A stretch of 18,924 nucleotides of DNA from Chlorokybus atmophyticus (Eukaryota; Plantae; Mesostigma and Chlorokybus algae). The notes under the pieces are model-generated. The model saw only the letters and a list, made by a program, of their open reading frames with translations. It searched no databases and was not told the DNA's origin. Position numbers and translations under genes: made by a program. Below, in pieces: positions 1-8,596 of the stretch. Position 1 is the stretch's first letter. Every line of letters begins with the position of its first letter. The stretch lies in the NCBI GenBank assembly GCA_009103225.1, contig RHPI01000385.1, positions 1 through 18,924 of the forward strand. Reading direction: 5' to 3'.

Positions 1-311
1 AGACCAAACAATCAGTCCAAGGTTTGTACAAGCTGCATGGCATGTTAGTGTTGGCTTACGGCAAGAATTGCCAGCTTTTGTCAAATGGCAAGGGTCACAT
101 ATTAACAGCAGTGTAACGGCAAAGAAACTGCCGGCTATGGCTGTCAGCTGTACGTAACTACCGGATAACGGCCGTCTGTGCACATCGACCAAAGGGTAAC
201 TGGTTGACAACTCTCGGCCGGTTAGTGCCACTGACAACCACTTTCGGCCCGTGGCCGTCTGCGTCAGTCCACTTAAGCCAACGGCAAACCCAACAGTCCA
301 AAAGTAATATT

Positions 312-348
312 TCAGGCAGGCTCAGGCAGGCTCAGGCAGGCTCAGGCA
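312..348 (+). repeat. 10-bp minisatellite (TCAGGCAGGC) x3.7
   Basis: Read directly from the sequence. Confidence 0.95.
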
Positions 349-351
349 CCA

Positions 352-397
352 GTCAGTCCCTCAGTCCTTAGTCAGTCACCGTGTAAAATTTGCGACG
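352..397 (+). repeat. Conserved 46-nt terminus, copy 1
   Basis: GTCAGTCCCTCAGTCCTTAGTCAGTCACCGTGTAAAATTTGCGACG aligns without gaps to 7454-7499 at 37/46 positions. Confidence 0.9.
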
Positions 398-600
398 GAT
401 GCGGTCATTGCGAAACAAACAAAAGTTGCAAAAGCGCAAGTTTTAGACAAGTAAGGGAGCGCGGCTTCGTTTCTGAACGACTGCAATCTCACTTGCTTCG
501 TTTGTAAAGGTTGATGGAGGTCCTATACGCTGAGGAATATCAGAAACTGTCTGTCAAAGAGCGGCGCAGAAGGCTGGACGATCTTCAGCAGAAAGCTTGA
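398..600 (+). pseudogene. 5'-truncated 3' end of an unknown gene with a 59-nt intron (451-509)
   Basis: Removing GTAAGG(451)...TTTGTAAAG(509) joins two frames into DAVIAKQTKVAKAQVLDK-LMEVLYAEEYQKLSVKERRRRLDDLQQKA*. It begins immediately after the conserved terminus ending at 397. Confidence 0.5.
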
Positions 601-904
601 TACTGTTTTGCGTAAATCATGCAGTGCAGTTGCCCAGAGCAGGATACGTATACATCAGTGTGGTGCTATTAACTCTCGCCACTCCACGGTGGTCTTAAAA
701 AACCGCAATGACGGGGCTCAAGACACGAACATACCTCAGTGAACACACATAGTACATGTAGCAAAACACGGACGCATTGTTTGCGTAAACCGATGCATTG
801 GTTCTGATCAATTGCACACTGTACTCTAGTATGCCAAATATGTTCGGCTAGCAGAGCCTGAATCCTCACATGCCGCAAATAGTGTTGACCAGCATCAGCA
901 TCTT

Positions 905-1466
905 ATGAGCAGCGGCGGTGTCACAATAGCACTGGTGGCGGCTGTCACGAGCGTGGTAACCTTGGTGGGGAAGATGGCTTTTGACTACTTCTACAACCCG
1001 AGCACCACTGACGTTATTGCAGCCAGCGCGCGCTTGGACAAATTGGGCGGTCAGCTGAAGACGTTCTTGTGGCCTCTGTTCGCCACGCTGCGTTCTCAGA
1101 AGACCCTACTAGACAAGATGGGGGCGTCCGCTCTGGACAAGGACCCGCGAGTGAGCGAATACATTCGAGACGATGCAAGAGGCGGTAAAGCTGATACGCG
1201 ATGGGATTGGCGTTGCCGACCTGTCTAGGCAGCTGACCGAAGACTTGCTGCGTTATACCGACTTTGTGGCGCTGTACATCGTGCTGGCGCGCTATACCGG
1301 GAAGGTTGTCGGCACTCCGGCAGATTTCGGGTGCTCGTTCCTAGCCAACGTCATCAGCACGCTGAAGAGCGAAACGACCGCGGTGCGCGATTTAGATCTA
1401 CCAGCAAGACATGTTTCCCATAGGGTGGCGTCCATTGATAAGGGAACGCCAGGTGGCGGGCGGTAG
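905..1466 (+). pseudogene. Hypothetical N-terminally membrane-anchored protein, split by one frameshift near 1172
   Basis: ORFs 905-1228 and 1173-1466 join at ...EYIRD / MQEAVKLIRDG.... Hydrophobic N-terminus (VTIALVAAVTSVVTLVG). No family recognised. Confidence 0.55.
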
Positions 1467-1538
1467 ATTCGGGGTAGGTGTCCCGCGATCTGGCGACAAT
1501 CTCTCGGTCTAAGGACTTTATGGTGTCTGTGTATAGCA

Positions 1539-1826
1539 ATGTCGGGTGCTCCACCGAGCGTCAACTACGCCGCGGCAGCTAATCACGCGGCAAGGATCGC
1601 TGTCGGTGGACTGAACTGGGGCAAGTGGATCGCTATAGGTTTTTTGTGCGCAACGGTAGTAGTGTTGATTGTGCTACACGGCGTTTTTAAGACGGATGAC
1701 AAGAAGTCGGAAGTAGGGTTCACCCGCACGCTCTGGTTGGGCCGCAACACTGGTGCTATACCCCTGCTAACCCGCGTCTTGGTGGTGTTCATGGCCACAC
1801 GCATCATCGTTTTGGTTGCCATCTGA
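1539..1826 (+). CDS. Small hypothetical membrane protein with two hydrophobic segments, 95 aa
   Basis: Intact ATG-TGA ORF with segments WIAIGFLCATVVVLIVLHGVF and LLTRVLVVFMATRIIVLVAI, in the same orientation as its neighbours. Confidence 0.55.
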   Translation: MSGAPPSVNYAAAANHAARIAVGGLNWGKWIAIGFLCATVVVLIVLHGVFKTDDKKSEVGFTRTLWLGRNTGAIPLLTRVLVVFMATRIIVLVAI

Positions 1827-2109
1827 TTCGTATCGAAGCGGATCGCGTTCATCGATCCCGTCCGCGGGCTGTTCCGAGCGTCCGTGGGTGTAGCACAAAA
1901 CTCGCTCTAAGCCAGCGGACTCGGATGGACAGAAACGCAATAGCATGGCGGCGTTCGAGGTGCGTGGATCGGCTGCTGATGGAGACTTTGCCGTCGCGAC
2001 AGCCTTTCTGCGTGGGGGCGGCAAAAAGGTGCAAACGTCCCCGGGCGGACGGTCCATTGCAGGTGCGGCACGGTAGCCGCATGGTCGGGGGCCTCCCCGA
2101 ACTTCGCGT

Positions 2110-3151
2110 ATGTGGACAGCCTCGAGCCGCTCCTAACACCCAGTTGAGATCGCTACGTGATGTTTCCCATAAGATACCCCGATCTGTACGACGCCTACAA
2201 CCAGGCGGTCGCCTCCTTCTAGACGAAGAAGGAGATCGACTTCACCGCCGATCATACCGACTGGAAGAACAAGCTCACCAAGGAAGAGCACGAGTTCTAA
2301 AAACGGTAATTGCGTTCTTTGCGGCAAGCGATGGCATCGTAGCAGACAACTTGGTCCAGAGGTGTTGCATCGACGTGCAGGTGAGTTCCGCGATGTTGTT
2401 GAAAACGTTGGGGTCGCGTCACGATGCTGATGGTATGTTTGCCATAGGTGTCCGAGGCTCGCGCCTTTTACGCGTATCAGATGTTCAACGAGATGATCCA
2501 CTCCAACACGTACAGCCTAATAATCGAGTCGCTGGTTAGCGATCCCGTTGAACAGCGGCGGCTTTTCGGTACGATAGATACTGTCGTGTTCATTAAGCTG
2601 AAGGCGGATTGGCGCTGCGTTGGATGGCTACTAAACAGCCGTTCGCCCACCATCTCATGGCTTTCGCGTGCGTGGAAGGCATCTTCTTCTCTGCGTCATT
2701 CGCAACCCTTTTCTGGTTGAAGAAACGGGGCCTGCTCCCTGGCGTGATTTTCAGCAATTAGCTGATCGCTCGCGACGAGGGCATGCACCAGAACTTTGCG
2801 GCCCTCCTGTTCAAGCACCTGCACTTCAAACCGGACCGGGTCGTTCTCCGCCAAAATGTCAGCAGCGCCGTCGCCGCTGAGATCGCGTTTGTGCGCGAGT
2901 CCTTACCTAAGTGTTTTGTCGGCATGAACGCGGACTCCATGGCGGACTACGTCCGCTTTGTTGCGAACCGTCTGCTGTTGCAGTTCGGGTACGACAATGC
3001 GTTCGGTGCAAACAACCCGATCGACTTCATGGAGGCCATAGCGCTGCAAGGCAAGACCAACTTCTTCGAGCGTAAAGTTGCGGACTACGGCCGCGTGTGC
3101 GACATGTCGGAGCGTTCCGATATGTTGTTCGATACCGAAGCAGATTTGTAG
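2110..3151 (+). pseudogene. RNR2: Ribonucleotide reductase small subunit (class Ia R2) pseudogene, probably viral
   Basis: Reconstruction: EPLLTPS*DRYVMFPIRY...[90 protein letters not shown]. Diiron ligands and the radical Tyr are recognisable. Stops at 2145, 2220 and 2759; 1-nt deletions near 2297 and 2612; intron 2381-2447. It lacks the long N-terminal extension of many cellular R2 proteins. Confidence 0.95.
2381..2447 (+). other. 67-nt GT-AG spliceosomal intron in RNR2
   Basis: CAG|GTGAGT donor, CTGAT branch-like motif near 2427, CCATAG|GTG acceptor. Removal restores DVQ-VSEARAFY in frame. Confidence 0.88.
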
Positions 3152-3214
3152 ACTAGCGACAATGTAGCAGCTTGAGCTCGAAGGCGATAAATTCCCTCGC
3201 GCTTTGCAATACCG

Positions 3215-4087
3215 GTGATGGCGTTCGTGCTGCCTGCCATGCTGCTGTGGAACAAGGGCAGCAAGCAGGAAACGCTTGTGAAAAGCACCTACAAGTATTC
3301 GGCCGATCAGACATTGCAGTTCATTGCTAACCAAACGAACGTGTGCGAGTCGCACGGCTCGACCACGCTCAACCAGATTGTCACCACTGGTGACAAAGAC
3401 GTGCAGTTGAAGTGTCTTAGCGTCGTGCAGCAGTTCGCCGGGTCTCAGCGGACCCGCGCTGCAGGCCGCGCTGGACACGTGCAAGGTGCACAACAGCACC
3501 ATCTCAGACGTGACGCAACGGGGCCTCATGGTCATGACAAACAAGTGCCAGCTGAGCAACTTAATAACGCAAGATCTCGTCATCTAGCTGTCTACGGCGG
3601 TTCAGCAGATGATGAAAGATTCAACGGACGCCGTATCAAACGTGCTCACCAACGCGACAGCTTTGCTGCTCGGGGGCACCAAGAAGAAGTCGACCATCAA
3701 CGAAGTCGACATACAACGTGCTCAACACCGTGTATACGGTCGACAACGTTAACCGGTTCCTCATTGGGATGGCGGAGACAATGAATCAGTACCGTAATCA
3801 CCGGCTTCTGCGACAACTATTCGGTCTCGAACATCGTGCAAGAGGTGGAGTTGTATGCGATGGCGGAGATGGTCTCCAGCAACTCGGCCTTGCAATCGGC
3901 GATTGTGCAGTCGGCACAGCAGGTTGCCCAGGATACGGCGACGGAGAGAAAGGGACTCTTTTCGTCACTAGACAGCCTTTTCAAAGCCTTGTCCAGCCCA
4001 TGGGTCATGATGGCCGTCGCATGCGTCGTGTGCCTGGTGCTAGTCTGGGTGTTCACGTACTTCAAATATCGGTCCGAGTCCAACTGA
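3215..4087 (+). pseudogene. Putative poxvirus L1/F9 (ASFV E248R, iridovirus 53R)-like virion membrane protein pseudogene
   Basis: Three frameshifts (~3455, ~3715, ~3790) and a stop (3585) join into one ~290-aa protein. It is Q/N/S/T-rich with spaced Cys (NVCES, LKCLS, DTCKV, NKCQL, GFCDN), followed by SAIVQSAQQVAQDTATERKGLF and a C-terminal TM helix (WVMMAVACVVCLVLVWVF). Family call is from architecture only. Confidence 0.6.
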
Positions 4088-4133
4088 GCAGCGTCGTCAA
4101 CAGTATTTTGTCAGGCCTTGGCAATACGCTACG

Positions 4134-5212
4134 ATGGTCGTTGAAGAACGCGTGATGGGCCCGTTTGGCATCAAGGCGGCACAAGCAGACCCCAATGTGC
4201 TTGTCTCTAGCGACCCGGGTTACTACATTACTGGCATGTCGGGGTGCTCCGGTGATGCGATCGATCGCATTACGTCCGTGGAATGCAAGAACGCGCTCAC
4301 TGGCAGCGTCGCCTCCAAAATGGACAAGCAGATAGGCACCAGCAAGGGGGGCGGAAACGTCGGGAAGATCGCGTGCCCGGACAACTACTCGGCACTCAGC
4401 GGGTTCATGGTAAAATCGGGCGACGATGTCGTGTCGCTCAGACCCGTCTGCCGGCAATGGGGAGACGTCACCAGCCCACTGAAAGACTTTAACTACCCAG
4501 ACCAGAGCGTGGGCAACAAGTCCGGCACATCGTCGCAGTTGTGCGACAAAGCCAATCAGGCGGTGTACATTAAATGCAGGACATGCATGCGCATGCACAA
4601 GGTGTAGTCCAGTCAGCACGCAGCAACACATGCAAGGTGTCGTACAAATGACATTTAGTTGACCACCGGGCTACTACTAGCACGCTAATCTACTGCCTCT
4701 ACCCCGTTAGACATGCAGCAGTCAATATGCAGTTGGTAATCACCTGCCCACATGGGCATTGGTGTATATATGCGATCGAAGGCGGTGCCAGGGGCGATAA
4801 GGGCACGGTCGTTAATCTGCGGCATTGCACAGACTTTCAAAGTTGGCTCCAGGTTGGCCCGGCGCGTCGGTTCTTGAACAACACGAGCGATCAGGCCGCG
4901 TGCTGCGCTGGCGATGATAGCTCCAATGCGTGCAACGAGCTGAAAAACCAGCCTGGGATGTTCCAGCGCGGACACCATGTCGAAATGGTGCATGAAAGAC
5001 AACGTTGGCACGGATCACTGATGCAAGACGTACCTCAACATAAAAGGGCTGAGCGACCCCTTGGCGCAGAAGCTACTGATTGGTAACGACGACTCCTTCT
5101 GCTGAACGGACAACAGGTGGGCGAACCACGACATGTGCCGGGACATCTGCACGTTCAGCGCGGGCGACAAGGCGTACGGCGCGGCGGGCAAGGAGCGATG
5201 CAACCAGAAGAT
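4134..5212 (+). pseudogene. Beta-prism (jacalin/VMO-I-like) lectin domain fused to an A16/G9/J5-like Cys-rich domain; interrupted and 3'-truncated
   Basis: Three repeats: YYITGMSGCSGDAIDRITSVEC, SALSGFMVKSGDDVVSLRPVC, and QAVYAIEGGARGDKGTVVNLRHC (the third is restored by removing 4568-4770). These are followed by AACCAGDDSSNACNELK..CSSADTMSKWCMKDNVGTDH*CKTYL..SFC*TDNRWANHDMCRDICT..ERC. Frameshift ~4957; stops at 5019 and 5103. Confidence 0.62.
4568..4770. mobile_element. ~200-bp MITE-like insertion at a TA site
   Basis: Excision restores GCG GTG TA|T GCG ATC in frame. TA is present on both sides; the insert begins CA, has TG before (TA)3, and has imperfect ends (CATTAAATGC vs CACCAATGC on the opposite strand). 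Confidence 0.7.
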
Positions 5213-5214
5213 AT

Positions 5215-5672
5215 TGCTACCAATGTATCGTTCATATTCCACTCAATAATCTTCATGAGCCAGTGCTTTACAGTTGGTGAGTGCTGATCCGGGACCATGC
5301 ATGGTCTACGAGGGCCGCTTGCGACCGTACCAGTGCGTATCATTGCCACCCTCAACTCCACTTTCACCGTGCGCAAGTCGGTTGTCGGGTCGCCATATTG
5401 CTGCAGCAAGTACGCAACAAGCTTGCGCTTCAAACTGCCACGAACACAGTAAAAGATCATTACAAACTCTGACGAACAAGGGGGATCTCCCCCCCCCCCC
5501 CCACCCCCCCGCGCTGAAATTGTTTTACAAGTTTCTTAACTTCGCACTCAGTTTGTAAATAGAGCAACGCATTAGAGTAACTGGCCTTGAACGCAATAAT
5601 GATGCGTGCGTCAAGAGGTTGAACTTTGCTGGTTGTGTCGGGAGGCACGGACAGACACTTCACGGTGTCCAC
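5215..5672 (-). mobile_element. pogo/Tigger (DDE_1) transposase remnant
   Basis: Minus-strand peptides VKCLSVPPDTTSKVQPLDARIIIAFKA, KRKLVAYLL..KVELRVAMI, LVDHAWSRIS and TVKHWLMK match the pogo-family LPPNTTSxLQPLDxGII and AWxxV..TIxNCW motifs. Frameshifted; acceptor TGTGCAG at 5673. Confidence 0.8.
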
Positions 5673-6625
5673 CTGCACACAGGGCTCTTGACGCCTGGAC
5701 CTGTCGGAGGTGGCGCGCAGACCATATATGTCACGACTCAGCGTATCTGTGCCGCGACCAGTCCGGCGTGATCGGACCACTGATGGTCCGGCCCCGACGC
5801 CCGCCAATATGGTCTAAATGATCGGAGTAGGGCTGGTCGCGTGTCCCGCGGCTTGTTGACCGGTACAGCACTGGTCAGCACGCGGCCTGAGCAATAGGAC
5901 CAGGGCAGTTCGCATGCCCGGCCTATGAGCCCAGGCAGCACTGGTATCGAACGCATGTATTGTACGGACCAAGCATGGTTCTTCCAAGCAGGACCATGCT
6001 TGGAAGATGGTGTCGCAAGGCGTGCGGGGAGCTAATGTCGCAAAATGTTTCCCCTGCCGGCCGACCAAATATTGGCAATGGCCGTGCACCTGAGGATACC
6101 CATTTAAAATGTCCTGGCTCAGTCCACCTATAATCTCGATACAGGGACCTGAGTATAACGGCCGTCACCATTGGTTGGCGGCCGTCTGCATAAAGGGGCT
6201 GACCCTAATTGATGGTACCTGTAAGGTACCCATCAGTTAAGCAAAGGGACTTGACCTAATTAACAGATAGGCACATGCGACTTTACGCCGACGGTACCTA
6301 ACTGTCACGTACCTATAAAGTACCTTATGGTACCTGACGTTACTTTCAAGAGTACTGACAGGTAATGTTCATTGTACTGTGAGGAACGGCATGTCACAAG
6401 CAATATTGCTATTGAGAATTGAGAAAACTAAAAAAAATACATTGATAACACATTATATGCTGTTGCTATAGCATACTGTGAACTACTAGTACTGCTACTC
6501 CACTTCCCTTAACCTACCCTTCTACTAATTCCTAAACTAACTTGCTCCTCCTCCGCTCCTGCGCCTCCGCTCCTCCTCCTCCTCCACCGCCGCTTTATCG
6601 CAGCTCCAGCACTTCCGCCTGGCAT

Positions 6626-6859
6626 GCTCAGCAAGCAGAGCGGTTAGGCTATTACGCAACGCAACGGCATTACACATACATAAACAAACTCACCTATTAT
6701 GCCATTGCCGCCGCCGCCGCCCCCCGGCCTGGCCTGATCGGCCTAGTCTGCTCGGCAAGCAGGGCGGTGACGCTGCGCTTTTGCGCACCACGGCATCTCA
6801 TCACACATTTACACATATGCAAACAGTCTCACCTACTATGCCATGGTCGCCACCGCCGC
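6626..6859. repeat. Diverged tandem duplication (6626-6720 and 6750-6859)
   Basis: Shared blocks GCTC(A/G)GCAAGCAG(A/G)GCGGT, ACGGCAT, and AAACA..CTCACCTA(T/C)TATGCCAT.G.CGCC.CCGCCGC. Confidence 0.8.
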
Positions 6860-7040
6860 ACACCTGCCCAATTTGCTTGAAGCCGTTGTGCGCTTGAAGC
6901 GCTGCTACTTGGGCAGCAGCAGCATTTGATATGCTCAACGGCTTTAATAGCGCTGATGTACCACTAGATGGTACGATTGTGCCATGGTACAATAGAACCA
7001 TCGCAATGGTACCATAGATTGTGTTCCAAATAAGTGGTCC

Positions 7041-7081
7041 AACTGATATGTCACTGTTCCGAACTGATATGTCACTGTCCC
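7041..7081. repeat. 21-bp period direct repeat AACTGATATGTCACTGT(T/C)CC x2
   Basis: Read directly from the sequence. Confidence 0.92.
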
Positions 7082-7453
7082 AACTCGCTGCCATCGCTCG
7101 TCCCTAAGTTGGGACTAAGCGGAGACTTGCTTACCAATTCGGGCATGTCACCTGTCGCGGGCTTTACACGGTCGGTGGCCAACCGCCGGTAAAAGGGGAC
7201 TGACGGGTATCATTCGTCGCTCAGTAGGGGCCCAAGAGGTCACCTAATTTCTATGATAAGTAAGTCGCCGCCGCGGGTCCTGTACAATCGGCGATCGGCC
7301 GTCATCACAAGTTGCTTAAAGGGCATTACCGGCAAACAAGAGTTCAGTATCGAGTACGACAGGCGGCCATTACAAATTGTCCACGAAATGCATCGGCAGT
7401 CCACTCAGTCCCTTTATGGCCCAAATTGCTAGGGTCCGTTATGGTCAAGCGGG

Positions 7454-7499
7454 GTCAGTCCCTCAGTCTCTAGTCAGTCATGCCGACAGATTTGCGACG
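7454..7499 (+). repeat. Conserved 46-nt terminus, copy 2
   Basis: GTCAGTCCCTCAGTCTCTAGTCAGTCATGCCGACAGATTTGCGACG; direct repeat of 352-397. Confidence 0.9.
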
Positions 7500-8596
7500 C
7501 ACCTTAATCACCATTTCGAATTGCTTGAAGAGGAGCGGCATCATCCCACCTGCTTGGCATGCGCCCACTCCCGACACTGACGCATGCGAGTAGGCTGTTG
7601 TGCAAGATATCGGCGACATCATGCAGTATCTTCCCATTCCACGTGCGGAGATGCTCTCCCCAGCTGAGCTTGTTCACGTCGATGACACCCTCCCAACCGA
7701 AGCCGAGCAAAGCAATGAGGACATCCTTTCAAGCATCGGATGCGTTGAGGGGGCCGCTGCTGAGCCTGATGAAGCTACAAGTGAGGGATCTCTTTGCAGT
7801 ATATGTGTTTGTATGTGTATGGGCACTTACAATGCATTGTGTTGTAGATGATGAGGAGAAAGAATCACCCCCACGCATCACAGTGGCCGAGTGCATGAGG
7901 TTTTTGGATGGTGTGGAGGCCTTCATCGCCACCACCAATGACTGCCCCATCTCAAAGCACCATCAGCTCACCTTACGGCAGCTGCGCAACATGGTCGTCA
8001 AGCATCAGCTGTTTGATGCTGGCCATCAGACCACCATACATGACTTTTTCATTGCGAGTGCTTCTGAGCATGATGCTAGCACCAGTGGCACAAGTGGCTC
8101 AGTCGATAAGCCATTCGAGTTAAAGCAGCGTGCATACCATGCATGCACGAGTGCAGTCTGCAATGCTTGTATTGGTGGTGATAGCCTCGCAGATGCATGC
8201 TGCTTGCTCTTGCACACACATGCGAAGCAATGTGCTCATATCCACATTTAAGCCGATTCATCATGGATCTTATGCATGCGTGCGCACCAACATACATGCA
8301 CACAAACCCTTGTTGTATCATAACACTCTAAGCATGCATGCTGTCGCACAACAGTCTATTACATTGTATGCTATATAGTTGCTTAATGTACGTAAAACTC
8401 ACAATAATGATCATATACATGTGGAATGCACATACTTTGTTAAATAGCATATCAATTCTTGCAAAATGTGCTCATGCGCTTTCCAGGCAGAACCCCTGTT
8501 AAGAGAATATATGTTTTAGTAAAACCAAAAGAGTAACCCCGTTAGTGGCATGAAAAGCTCTAGGATAATCGTGATTCTTATAACGGGGGTAGACTG
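7500..8596 (+). mobile_element. 3' half of a second pogo/Tigger element: transposase C-terminus and right TIR
   Basis: TISNCLKRSGIIP (7501-), stop at 7591, 67-nt intron 7781-7847 (GTGAGG...TTGTAG) joining in frame to DEEKESPPRITVAEC...QTTIHDFF. The end reads CAGTCTACCCCCGTTATAAGAATC on the minus strand and is followed by TA (8597-8598), typical of pogo. Confidence 0.8.

Larger units (their letters stand above)
398..5212 (+). mobile_element. Decayed giant-virus (NCLDV) endogenous viral element fragment
   Basis: Tightly packed, mostly co-directional genes (RNR2 stop 3151 to next start 3215; stop 4087 to start 4134). Gene content: compact RNR R2 plus L1/F9-like and A16/G9/J5-like membrane proteins. 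CpG-rich coding texture without host microsatellites, and repeated stops and frameshifts. Bounded by mobile-element sequence on both sides. Viral origin is inferred from gene content. Confidence 0.78.

Noticed and set aside
530-546. Hammerhead ribozyme core (CTGAGGA...GAAA; CTGAGGA also at 6090)
   Set aside because: No stem II or closing helices; the first lies within a coding frame and the second has no GAAA partner.
1849-2139. Minus-strand gene between the 2-TM ORF and RNR2 (CRTC motif)
   Set aside because: The gap could hold a small gene, but several frames are open and none shows a recognisable motif, so it cannot be supported.
1925-3583. ORFs 1925-2539(+), 2133-2501(-) and 2903-3583(-) as genes
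   Set aside because: They are off-frame or antisense shadows of the GC-rich RNR2 and L1-like sequences.
5215-8060. The two pogo pieces as halves of one element split by an inversion
   Set aside because: Both pieces include the same protein segment (TVKHWLMK vs TISNCLKRSG after the AW motif) with different nucleotide sequence, so they are separate copies.
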